Origin: Treponema sp.
GTDB taxonomy: Bacteria; Spirochaetota; Spirochaetia; Treponematales; Treponemataceae
NCBI RefSeq assembly: GCF_018385415.1
Contig: NZ_JAHAZA010000070.1
DNA: 64,000 nt
Direction: 5' to 3' (one strand)
Positions 7,624-17,395 of the stretch are shown in pieces. The position numbers and the translations under genes are program-made. Positions within the stretch are counted from its first letter, which is position 1. Each line of letters starts with the position of its first letter. A model generated the notes under the pieces. The model did no database searches and was not told the origin of the DNA. It saw only the letters and a program-made list of their open reading frames with translations.

Positions 7624-8427
7624 ATGAATGTTTTAGTAACAAATGATGACGGTTACGGGGCTTGGGGAATTGAAGCTTTAATCAAAGCATTATCTGAACG
7701 ACATAATGTTTTTGTAATTGCACCGGATGGAAACCGATCAGGAAATTCCCACCATATTTCACTTGGAAATAAACTGATTCTAAAAAAAGCTGGAGCTAAT
7801 CATTGGGTTAGTTCCGGAACGCCGGCTGATTGTGTTTATTCAGCCACAAAGTACGATATGTTTGGCGTTAAAATTGATGCTGTAGTATCAGGTATTAATA
7901 AAGGTGAAAATCTTGGAACAGAGACTATTTACAGCGGAACCTGTGGGGCCGCAAGACAGGCTGTTCTTGACGGGATTCCGGGAATTGCTGTCAGTATGAT
8001 GCTGCCGGATAATAACCTTGAATGGAACGACAGGGCAAACTGGCATTTTGAAAGCCTTGCAAAATTTGTAAAGGATAATCTTGAAACTCTCAGTTCCCTT
8101 TGCGTAACATCAGATAATGGAAGAGGCAGAGATGAACCTTGCGTTTATGTAAATGTTAATGCCTTTAGTTATGATAAATTTTCAGAAGTTGTATTTACTG
8201 ATTTATGCTTCAGGGAATTTGTAGGCGATAAAATTATTTTAAAACCATTAAATAAAGAAAATACTGCTTTTGAAAGTATTACTGCTAGTGGTGAAAATTG
8301 TTCTAAAAACAGAGGTTATTCTGACTATTTGGCCTGTAAAGATGGAAAAATATCAATTTCCAGAATATATGCAGAACCTCGTACTTGCGGCCTTGAAAAC
8401 CTTGATAGTATTACATTTTCATTATAA
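7624..8427 (+). CDS. surE: 5'/3'-nucleotidase SurE
   Basis: LVTNDDG, GTPADCV, SGINKGENLG, YSGT motifs. Confidence 0.93.
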   Translation: MNVLVTNDDGYGAWGIEALIKALSERHNVFVIAPDGNRSGNSHHISLGNKLILKKAGANHWVSSGTPADCVYSATKYDMFGVKIDAVVSGINKGENLGTETIYSGTCGAARQAVLDGIPGIAVSMMLPDNNLEWNDRANWHFESLAKFVKDNLETLSSLCVTSDNGRGRDEPCVYVNVNAFSYDKFSEVVFTDLCFREFVGDKIILKPLNKENTAFESITASGENCSKNRGYSDYLACKDGKISISRIYAEPRTCGLENLDSITFSL

Positions 8428-8447
8428 AATAATATTGGGTGGAAAAA

Positions 8448-9134
8448 ATGGCGCAAAACAATATTTTGCAGGAAGGAATAAACCTTTACAATCAGCACAA
8501 ATATCCTGATTCTCTTACATTCTTTTTAGGGCTTCCTGAAAATTCTGATGTAGACAATATTGAACTGGCTTATTATATCGGTCTTTGTTATGCAAAGATG
8601 GAACGATATGATGATGCACTTTTGTATCTTGAACAGGTTGTTACTTCTGGAACAAATATTAATCGCACATTACAGTGCAGGTTTTTGCTGGCTGTAATTT
8701 ATGCTCTTTCTGGCCGTCGGCGTCTTGCTGATTTTGAATTGAATAAGCTTCTTGAAACTGGTTATAAAACAGCAAGTGTTTATGCTTGCATTGCTTATGT
8801 CAGCTGGGAACAGAAGGATACTGAAAAGTGTCTTGAATATTATCGAAAATCCCTTGAAACAGATCCGGAAAATTCTACTGCCTTGAATGGATTAGGTTAC
8901 GTTCTTGCAACTCAGGATAAAGATTTAACCCAGGCATTAGGTTATTGTAAAAAAGCTGTTGATTATAATCCTGAATCTGCTGCATGTCTTGATTCACTTG
9001 GTGTTGTTTACTATAAACTTGGACTTTATAAAGAGGCGAGAAAATATTTGACTAAAGCAGATTCAATTATGCCTGGTAATCCAGATATTATTGAACACTT
9101 GCGCCTTCTTGATGAGGTGGAACATAAAAGATGA
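8448..9134 (+). CDS. TPR-repeat protein
   Basis: Repeated TPR helices (YYIGLCY, ALNGLGY, LDSLGVVYY); ATG 8448 preferred. Confidence 0.85.
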   Translation: MAQNNILQEGINLYNQHKYPDSLTFFLGLPENSDVDNIELAYYIGLCYAKMERYDDALLYLEQVVTSGTNINRTLQCRFLLAVIYALSGRRRLADFELNKLLETGYKTASVYACIAYVSWEQKDTEKCLEYYRKSLETDPENSTALNGLGYVLATQDKDLTQALGYCKKAVDYNPESAACLDSLGVVYYKLGLYKEARKYLTKADSIMPGNPDIIEHLRLLDEVEHKR

Positions 9135-11218
9135 AAAAGTTTTCTAAATTTAAATTTGTCAGTTTTATTTTTGCCGGTGTTCTTTCATTGGGTGCTGTCA
9201 ATAATACTTTTGCAGCCTCAAAGCTTTTCGAAGATAAAAATAATGATACCGGTTATACCCGTTCAGCAGAAGCAGGAATGGCCGAAGAAGAATTTAGAAA
9301 GGGTGTTCTTTCTTATAACCGTGGAATGTTCAATGATGCAATTATGCAGTTTGAAAGAGCATTGTCATATCTTCCAGATGAAAATTTAATTATTGATTGG
9401 CTTGGTAAAGCATATTACCGTGCCGGTATGGAAGGTAGTGCCATTAAGCAGTGGCAGTTTGCAAAAGATGCCGGATACGGTGGACTTGTTTTAGATAACA
9501 GAATTGAAATCATTCGTGAACGTCGTGTTACTGGTGTTGATGAATCTTTTGATCGTTATACAGAAGCCGGTGTTTTCTCTGGAATTTCCAGTGAAAATAA
9601 ATTTCTTTTTACTCAACCTATTTCTGTACTTCCAAATTCTGATGGTACTATCTGGGTAATCTGTTACGGTTCAAATGAACTTATTCAGTTTAATGTAAAC
9701 GGAATGATTGTTCAGAGAGTAACAGGTCCTTTAAGCGGATTTGATCGTCCTGTTGATATTATCAGACTTCAGGATGGAGATCTTCTTGTAGTTGAAAGTG
9801 CAGGTGATAGACTTGCTGTGCTGTCATCAAAAGGTTCATTTAAAAAATATATTGGTAAAAAGGGACGTGGGGTTGGTGAACTTGTTGGACCTCAGTATGC
9901 CTGTCAGGATGAAAACGGTAATATTTATGTAAGTGATTTTGGTAATCGTCGTATTTCTGTTTTTGATAAAGATGGTAATGGAACTTTTACATTTGGTAAA
10001 AAAACAGATGGCTTTGACGGATTAAAAGGTCCAACTGGAATTGCAGTTGCTGGTGACAGTGTATATGTTTGTGACAGTGTTACAGGTGCAATTTATGAAT
10101 TTGATTTAAGTGGAAATTACAAAGACATACTTGTTAAAGAAAAAACCTTTGAATTTCCTGAAAGCATGAAATATTATGATGGTTACCTTATTGTTTCAGA
10201 TAGAAAGCATGTAAGTACCGTAGAACTTGGTAGTGGTATTGTTTTTGAAAATGCTTATATGGGAAATTCCCCATCCAGAATTACTTGTGCAGTTCCTGAT
10301 AAAAATGGAAACCTTATTGTAAGTGATATTCTTTCAAATGATGTATATATAATGGCAAAAATGTCAGAACTTCTTGGTGGACTTTTTGTTCAAGTTGAAA
10401 GAGTAAACGCAGAGAATTTTCCTAATGTGACTTTGGAAGTTCGTGTACAGAACAGAAAAAGACAGCCTGTTGTTGGACTTCGTGGGGAAAACTTTTATCT
10501 TACGGAACAAAAAAGACCTTGCAGTAATTTTAAACTGAAAGGCAGTGCATCTGAAAATGACACTGAAGACATTGTCTTGATTATTGACCGTTCAATGTAT
10601 ATGCAGGGGTTTGAAGAACCATTGAACTCTGCTGTTCAGGAAATTGCAAAAAACATGCAGGGGGTTGGTAAGATTACTGTAATTAGTGCCGGAGAAATTC
10701 CTGTAGTTGAATATAAAGGAAGTCCTGAGGGTCTTCTTAAATTTTCTCATAAAGCACTAAAGTCTAAACTTACTGATCGTCCATGTTTTGATCTTGCTGT
10801 AAGACTTGCAACTAATGAATTGATTAATGCAGAACCAAAACGTGGAATTCTTTATCTTACACAGGGTAGACTTGATGATTCAACTTTTGCTAGATATGGA
10901 ATTTCGGATCTTTCAAATTATATGAATAATAATGGAGTTTCTTTCTCAGTAATTCAGCTTGGACAAGGCGCTGTTGAAGAAGAACTTCGTTATATTGCAA
11001 AAAATGTTAATGGTAAAACTTATTATGTATATCGTCCTCAGGGCTTGTCATGTGTAATTTCTGATATGCTGAATGTTCCAAACGGATTATATACAATAAC
11101 TTATACTTCGTTATTACCTACAGATTTAGGTCGCGCATATCTTCCTGTTGAAATTGAAGTATATCTATTAAATAGAAGTGGAAGAGATGAAACAGGATAT
11201 TTTTCTCCATTGCAGTAA
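9131..11218 (+). CDS. Exported TPR + NHL beta-propeller + vWA-like domain protein
   Basis: Signal peptide; TPR; NHL repeats (GKKGRGVGELVGP, IYVSDFGNRRISVFD, GPTGIAV); vWA-like C-terminus (VLIIDRS). Confidence 0.8.
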   Translation: MKKFSKFKFVSFIFAGVLSLGAVNNTFAASKLFEDKNNDTGYTRSAEAGMAEEEFRKGVLSYNRGMFNDAIMQFERALSYLPDENLIIDWLGKAYYRAGMEGSAIKQWQFAKDAGYGGLVLDNRIEIIRERRVTGVDESFDRYTEAGVFSGISSENKFLFTQPISVLPNSDGTIWVICYGSNELIQFNVNGMIVQRVTGPLSGFDRPVDIIRLQDGDLLVVESAGDRLAVLSSKGSFKKYIGKKGRGVGELVGPQYACQDENGNIYVSDFGNRRISVFDKDGNGTFTFGKKTDGFDGLKGPTGIAVAGDSVYVCDSVTGAIYEFDLSGNYKDILVKEKTFEFPESMKYYDGYLIVSDRKHVSTVELGSGIVFENAYMGNSPSRITCAVPDKNGNLIVSDILSNDVYIMAKMSELLGGLFVQVERVNAENFPNVTLEVRVQNRKRQPVVGLRGENFYLTEQKRPCSNFKLKGSASENDTEDIVLIIDRSMYMQGFEEPLNSAVQEIAKNMQGVGKITVISAGEIPVVEYKGSPEGLLKFSHKALKSKLTDRPCFDLAVRLATNELINAEPKRGILYLTQGRLDDSTFARYGISDLSNYMNNNGVSFSVIQLGQGAVEEELRYIAKNVNGKTYYVYRPQGLSCVISDMLNVPNGLYTITYTSLLPTDLGRAYLPVEIEVYLLNRSGRDETGYFSPLQ

Positions 11219-11229
11219 TCCTTTCTTAA

Positions 11230-14200
11230 TTAAAAGTTGGATTTTCCACCAAGACCAAAGGTGAAGTTGAGATTGAAGATTTCATCTTTGGTGTGAGAAA
11301 ATTCTGCACTAAGGTTTGTTGTTAATGCAAAAGTTTTCAGAAAATAAATCTCAAGATCATGACTAATATCAAAACTCTGGTATTGTCGCAATCTGGCATT
11401 TGTTGAATCTGCAAGTTGAGAAGCGACGCTGATATTTAATGAATCATTTCGTAAAATCTTTAAATTAGAATAATCATATTTTTTGTTGAACAGTTTAACG
11501 GCCTCAAGTATTGGAGTGAAGTGGCTTGCTCTGTGATAGAGTACAGAGGCTTTTGTGTTCCAGTTATTAGCATCCTGGAATGAAAACTGAAAGCCTGTTC
11601 GTATTACATCGTCCCTAGTTTGGTAAAAGTTTGCCTGAAGATAAAGGTTATAATTCTGCTTTATGTTTTCCGGTTCAGTTCTTGGTATTTTAAGTGCTGA
11701 CTGAAATGAGATGTTGTATTCATCTGATTCACACCATTTTAGTAATGGAAAACTTCCGTCTTTTGAGAAAATATTGACTGCTGTATAACCTAAGGTTGCT
11801 TTAATCTGGTATGTGTCAGCAATATTTTCTGCTGTAGAAATATCTCTGGCAATAGATAAAGATGCAATGTTAGGTATAAATACATCATATCTGTTTGCAA
11901 ATAAAGGGCGCCTCCAGCTGAAGTCGTATTTACAGTTATAATTTACACTTTGTGCAATTTCATCAAAAGGAAGTTCACTTTGTTTAGAAGCCCCTGGTAT
12001 TGTATTTAAAACCATGTTTGCAAGGTCTGCACTGAATAAATCGTAGAATGGTCCTGAAACAAAGTACCAGTTTCGTTTCGAAATTCCCTGACATATATTT
12101 TGAATGTCAGTACCATAATCGCCGCCTTTTGTTATATTCTGCACAAGCTTACTGTTTTTACTGTAGGTAAACGAAAAATTCTGGTTGTTAATTTTGAATG
12201 GAAATACAGTTGAAAAACCTGTTGTATCAGAAAATATAGTCTGGTTTCCTGAGGAGTATGAGCCTGCTTCGCTGAAATTAATTTGTGGTGCAAAGTTTGC
12301 AAAAGGAAGTGATAACGTATTTTTAATTGTTCCTCCTGTGGTGCGGTTTGATGCTTCAGGAGAACCCATGGAGAACTGGAACTTTGTAGAATCCCCATAG
12401 CTTTCAAAATAATTGTCACTTTTGATTTTAACTACATTGACTTTGTATGGCGAAAGTTTTTGATATGCCTTTGCGTCAGCAAGAAGAGAATATTTAATAT
12501 TATTTCCAATGGTTAAAGAAATTGAATCAGTGTTTTCCTGAGTAACAGACCAGTTATCAGAAGAAACTTTTGTACTAGCTTTTAATATAAGAGGAATTTT
12601 TAATGAGCTGAGATTTAATTGAAACCAGTTATTTTTGTTTACGATTGCTTCGTCTATGTTATCTGTAAAGCTTTCTTCAAAGGTCAGTAAATTAAATAAT
12701 GGCAAAGTTGTAGAAATCTGATGACCTGCAGAACTTAGTATATTTTTAGAATCAGCATTTCTTCCGATTTCAGTTTTAAGTTTAATGGATGTAACATTTA
12801 CATCTGCATTAAGATTTCCTGAAATGCCAAACTTATTTTCAAAATCGGAAGAAGTAAAGAATGTTCCTGACAATTCACTGTTTGCGGATAATGATGGATT
12901 TGAGATTAAATCAAAATCACCGATTTTTAGAACTGATCCTTTGTGTTCAAGAGAAACCTTTGTAAGATTTTGTGCAATCAGTTTTGGAGAGGAATCGCTA
13001 AGATAAAGTTCATCAATTCCGAAAGTACCTTTTGCGTAGAGATTAGATACTGATTCTCCATTTGGCTTTACAACAGATGATATTTTAATATTCATTCGTG
13101 TTGGTATAATGTTTGGATTTATCTGTAATGACGAATATGCAATTTCGTTTCCGTCAATATAGACTTTGCCAGTTATACGATCGATATCAAGTCTGTGCAT
13201 TGAAGATGAAACAGATAAAGTCGAATTTTGACTGATGTATTTACTTAATTCGTTTTGAGAAATAGAAAGCTCCAATGCTTTAGAACCAGTTGTTAAAATT
13301 TCTGGTGCATTACGATCTAAAACAAGTGTGAATGCAGAGTCAGAATATGGTCCTGTAAAACTTTTTTTTGAATCGGGGTCAACATTGTAATTAAAATATA
13401 AACTTATTTTTTTGTAAGATGATAGATCGACTTCGTCAAAATATTTCTGAATTGTAATATCTGTATTGTCTGTATCAGCAAAGTTGTGGTTTGATCCGTC
13501 CCAGTTAATGTATTGTGCATAGTTTGTATCTTTGTTAAATATTGCAGCATCAGAATTTATTTGCTTAAGCTCTTCTGTGTAAATTGAGTAATAGTCGTCG
13601 GCGTATGTAAAAATTCCTTGTGTAAAAGCCTGGTATGGTCCTATAAAGATTGTTCCGCTGCTAAGTATGGCTGAAGAATTTTTCTTTGCTGCTGTAATAA
13701 TAATCCGGGCATTGTAATTTTCGTCAAAAAATGCTCTGTCAGAGTCTTTGAGAATAACACTTACTGTCTGCCATCCTTGTGTTTTTACATCTGGAATTAA
13801 TGAAGGCTGAATAGGAGAAATTACATCTGTATAATGAGTGTCCGATGTGTCAAAAATTTTCCAGGTTGGAATATTTCCTTTATGCTCAACTTTAAAATCT
13901 TCTGCTGAATTTACTCCAAGCTGAAGATATACTTTAGTTTCAATGTCGTTTTTCTGATTTATAAGTTCAATAAACTCCTGGGATAATTTAACGGCAAGTT
14001 CAAACTTTGATGTGTTAGATAATAGATTTTTATTTGCAGAAGTTATGATTGTGTTAGAGGCCCATAATATATCACCAGTTGCACAATCCTGATGCTTTGT
14101 AAAATTATAACTGACAGGAATGCTGTATCCAGAGATTCCTTTGTCGGTAATTCCTGTCTGCTTTGCAACTGAACAATTCATTGTGTCAGAAAGTTCAATT

Positions 14201-17200
14201 GCGTAAGAAGAAGCTGTTCGCGGATTGAGAAATGGTGCAAAACCTGGTGGTAAATCTCTTTCTGCATCCTGGATTAAATATGCTGTAGAGGGAGTTGCAT
14301 TGTCGAACCCGAAAATTCTGTATCTGCCTGAAACATTGTCCTGAGAGAATGTAAGGCCTGTAATATTTGAAGTTTTGATTTTTTCAGAAGTATATGTGAT
14401 TCCGGTTGACAGTGTTACATAACCAGAGTTAGTTTTTTTATATTCCGCAAAATTATGATCTGGATTAATTGCCCATCTTGAAGCTAAAGCTACATCAGCA
14501 GAAAGAGACTCAAGAATGTCGTATTTAAAACCTGATGCAAAAGCAATCATACCTGTCTGATAGTCAGAAGTTTCTTCATACCATGTGATATATAATTTAT
14601 CACTGTCAGTTATTCCTGAACTTAAGGAGATTTCACCGGTTTGTGGATTGTATTTTGCAGTTGAATCAATAACACCATTTTTGTAGACAGTTACAGTTCC
14701 TGGAACAGCTTTTGTTCCGATTTCGATCCTTGTGCTCTGAGAAAATGATTTCAGCATTATACAATCATCATTTGAAGATGAATAGCCAAGATAAATTCCA
14801 GGATTAATGTCAGCCATAGGAAAGTTGATTTCTGGTGAAAGATATGTAATTTTACCAGAAACTCCTGTAGAAGATAATGTAATTTCCGGATCGTAAATAT
14901 CAATAAAGGTATGCTTTGATTTAAAGAAATCTGAGTGCAAAATATCGATGGAATTTACAATCAGTGCCTTATATTTATTGTTTTGATTTTCGGTTGAATA
15001 TGATGCTACCAAAGCATCTTGAATATCTGATGAACCTCCATCATATCTGTAAGCGGCCTGAAATGGTGAAAAGCCTGTTGTGTTTTGAACAAGTAGCATC
15101 TTCTTGTGATTAATATCTGAAAAATATCCATCAATTTTAGTTCCGCTTTTATCGGGAATACTGAAAGTTCCGTCAATTGATTTTCCTGAATATGAATATT
15201 CAGTTACATTTACTTTTTTCGAAAAGAATTTTTGTATTGAACCAAGATATCCAGAGCCTGGACTGTTTGATTTTCCGAAAGTGCCTAATTCAGAAGAGAG
15301 AAGTGTATATGCATCCTGATCAAATTCCACAATAACTCTTGGAAGAATACCATTGCGTTTTTGAGCACCGGCATCTGATGAAAGAAGAATCTGATTTTTG
15401 TTAGGAAAAAGAAGATAGTCACTTGATGAAAGTTTTTTATAGTGGAAACCTGCATTATCTGTGAAAGAACCTTCAGGAGATTCGATATAAATCGAAAGGA
15501 TTTTTTGAATTGAGGAATTTCCTGGTATTATATAAATTGAGCCTGTCAGAAAATTTGATGCTGGAATTTTAATGTTTGTAACAGCATTACGACCATAATA
15601 GGTTTTGTCAAATGATGATAACATATCATATCTGATTGCTGCATCAAACCTCCATTTATCTTTTGCAAGACTTGTACTGATACCTGGAGAGTGATTATCT
15701 CCACCACCTATTGATCGTGAAAGTGGAGTAAGCGAATAAATTTCAGGAAATACAATGTTTCTGTTTGAAGCTTTAATTTCCTTTATAGTTCCATCTGTGT
15801 TGTAACCAACAGTAAAAGTGTTTTTATTAAATTTATCTGCAAAAGCACCCTGAATATAGAAGCAGTTATTTAATAGAAACCATATTGAAAGATCAACTTC
15901 CTGTTCAAAAACAGGCGTGTTAAAGGAAGTTGTAAATTCGTTTCCATAGCCGAAGGTTGAAGATACTGTATCGGAAAGTTTCAAGTTCCAGTAACCGTCT
16001 GCTAGAAATTCAATTGAAGAGTCTGTTCCAAAGCCAGAAGAAAATAAAGATGTTTTAGAAGAATCCTGTTTGGGCGTCTTTAGAGACTCACCATTTGTTA
16101 ATGCTGCATTGTTCGAAGTAGATATAGTTTCATTTGGCCTTACAGTAGAATCTGGAGAAGTTGAATAAGATTTGTTTGTAAATGTTAATGCAGTTATAAA
16201 AACTAATGCGATAACTTTAAATGTCTTTAAAAGTCGTGCTTTTGAAATTTTAATTTCAGGATGTGTGTTTTCAAGTTGAAGAATTGCTTTTTCAACCTGC
16301 TGTTTTTTTATGTTTTCACTTTCAAAAAGTTCAGGCTGGATTAATTCATTGACTGGAATACTATTGTGAACACCAACTCCAAGTAACCTTATTCCACGGC
16401 CTGATTCATATTTTTTTTTGAAAAGTAGTAGTATACGTGAATATAAATCTGCTGTGCATAGAATAGGAGTTTCGTAAGTCTGCTGACAGTTGACGGTTGT
16501 AAAATCTTCGTATCTGATTTTAAGTTGAACTGTTTTACTTGTTATGCTGGAATTTAAAAGTCTGTATGTTACTTGTTCTGATAAATCAAGGAGTGCTGTT
16601 TCTATTGTATTTATATCAGTAAGATCAAATTCAAATGTGGATTCCCGACTCAGAGAATGGGATTTTGGTTCTGATCTGAAATTTTCAGGTTCAAGACCAC
16701 GACTTACATTATATAAAAAGGAACTTGAAGCTTTACCAAAAATGCTTTCAAGAAAAGCTTTAGAATGAATGCTGATATCTTTTACGGTTTTGAAACCTAA
16801 GCTTTCGAGGCGTTGAAGAGTTTTTTCACCAACACCCCAAACATCTTTTAACGGTAATTTGGACATGAAGTCTTCTTCTTGTCCTGGTTTTACGCAGAAC
16901 ATACCGTCAGGTTTCTTGATTTCCGAACAAATTTTTGCAAGATAAGAATTTGAAGCAATCCCCACAGAAATGGTAAGGCCGGTTTCATTTTTTACTCTGT
17001 CTTTTAATTTTTTTGCAGCTTCTTCTGGGGGACCGAATAATCTTTCAGTTCCAGTCATATCAAGACAGGCTTCGTCAATCGAAAGCTGTAATACATCCGG
17101 TGAAAAATCGTAGAGAATATTCATTACTTTTTCAGAATATTCAATGTAGCTTTCCATATCAGGTTCAACGAAAATTCCGTGGGGACAAAGCTCATATGCC

Positions 17201-17394
17201 TTTATGGAAGGCATTGCAGAATGAACGCCGTATTTTCTTGCTTCGTATGAGGCAGTTGATACTACATTTCTTTTTTTATGAGGATCTCCTGAAACTATCA
17301 CTGGTTTTCCACGATATTCTGGATGAAGCAGCTGTTCAACAGAGGCAAAAAATGCATCAAGATCTACATGAAAAAAACATTTGCTTTTGTCCAT
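11230..17394 (-). CDS. dinB: DNA polymerase IV (DinB) fused in frame to a large predicted outer-membrane beta-barrel protein
   Basis: aa 1-389: FFHVDLDAFFASVE, STASYEARKYGV, SIDEACLD, KPDG, little finger IRLLGVG, clamp motif QPELF. aa 394-405 hydrophobic. About 1650 further aa rich in amphipathic strands, ending in Phe. Confidence 0.85.
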   Translation of the reverse strand: MDKSKCFFHVDLDAFFASVEQLLHPEYRGKPVIVSGDPHKKRNVVSTASYEARKYGVHSAMPSIKAYELCPHGIFVEPDMESYIEYSEKVMNILYDFSPDVLQLSIDEACLDMTGTERLFGPPEEAAKKLKDRVKNETGLTISVGIASNSYLAKICSEIKKPDGMFCVKPGQEEDFMSKLPLKDVWGVGEKTLQRLESLGFKTVKDISIHSKAFLESIFGKASSSFLYNVSRGLEPENFRSEPKSHSLSRESTFEFDLTDINTIETALLDLSEQVTYRLLNSSITSKTVQLKIRYEDFTTVNCQQTYETPILCTADLYSRILLLFKKKYESGRGIRLLGVGVHNSIPVNELIQPELFESENIKKQQVEKAILQLENTHPEIKISKARLLKTFKVIALVFITALTFTNKSYSTSPDSTVRPNETISTSNNAALTNGESLKTPKQDSSKTSLFSSGFGTDSSIEFLADGYWNLKLSDTVSSTFGYGNEFTTSFNTPVFEQEVDLSIWFLLNNCFYIQGAFADKFNKNTFTVGYNTDGTIKEIKASNRNIVFPEIYSLTPLSRSIGGGDNHSPGISTSLAKDKWRFDAAIRYDMLSSFDKTYYGRNAVTNIKIPASNFLTGSIYIIPGNSSIQKILSIYIESPEGSFTDNAGFHYKKLSSSDYLLFPNKNQILLSSDAGAQKRNGILPRVIVEFDQDAYTLLSSELGTFGKSNSPGSGYLGSIQKFFSKKVNVTEYSYSGKSIDGTFSIPDKSGTKIDGYFSDINHKKMLLVQNTTGFSPFQAAYRYDGGSSDIQDALVASYSTENQNNKYKALIVNSIDILHSDFFKSKHTFIDIYDPEITLSSTGVSGKITYLSPEINFPMADINPGIYLGYSSSNDDCIMLKSFSQSTRIEIGTKAVPGTVTVYKNGVIDSTAKYNPQTGEISLSSGITDSDKLYITWYEETSDYQTGMIAFASGFKYDILESLSADVALASRWAINPDHNFAEYKKTNSGYVTLSTGITYTSEKIKTSNITGLTFSQDNVSGRYRIFGFDNATPSTAYLIQDAERDLPPGFAPFLNPRTASSYAIELSDTMNCSVAKQTGITDKGISGYSIPVSYNFTKHQDCATGDILWASNTIITSANKNLLSNTSKFELAVKLSQEFIELINQKNDIETKVYLQLGVNSAEDFKVEHKGNIPTWKIFDTSDTHYTDVISPIQPSLIPDVKTQGWQTVSVILKDSDRAFFDENYNARIIITAAKKNSSAILSSGTIFIGPYQAFTQGIFTYADDYYSIYTEELKQINSDAAIFNKDTNYAQYINWDGSNHNFADTDNTDITIQKYFDEVDLSSYKKISLYFNYNVDPDSKKSFTGPYSDSAFTLVLDRNAPEILTTGSKALELSISQNELSKYISQNSTLSVSSSMHRLDIDRITGKVYIDGNEIAYSSLQINPNIIPTRMNIKISSVVKPNGESVSNLYAKGTFGIDELYLSDSSPKLIAQNLTKVSLEHKGSVLKIGDFDLISNPSLSANSELSGTFFTSSDFENKFGISGNLNADVNVTSIKLKTEIGRNADSKNILSSAGHQISTTLPLFNLLTFEESFTDNIDEAIVNKNNWFQLNLSSLKIPLILKASTKVSSDNWSVTQENTDSISLTIGNNIKYSLLADAKAYQKLSPYKVNVVKIKSDNYFESYGDSTKFQFSMGSPEASNRTTGGTIKNTLSLPFANFAPQINFSEAGSYSSGNQTIFSDTTGFSTVFPFKINNQNFSFTYSKNSKLVQNITKGGDYGTDIQNICQGISKRNWYFVSGPFYDLFSADLANMVLNTIPGASKQSELPFDEIAQSVNYNCKYDFSWRRPLFANRYDVFIPNIASLSIARDISTAENIADTYQIKATLGYTAVNIFSKDGSFPLLKWCESDEYNISFQSALKIPRTEPENIKQNYNLYLQANFYQTRDDVIRTGFQFSFQDANNWNTKASVLYHRASHFTPILEAVKLFNKKYDYSNLKILRNDSLNISVASQLADSTNARLRQYQSFDISHDLEIYFLKTFALTTNLSAEFSHTKDEIFNLNFTFGLGGKSNF

Positions 17395-17395
17395 G

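Noticed and set aside
16411..16419. A9 run in dinB as a phase-variation or slippage switch
   Set aside because: Slippage here would truncate the little-finger domain, and such runs are frequent in this AT-rich sequence.
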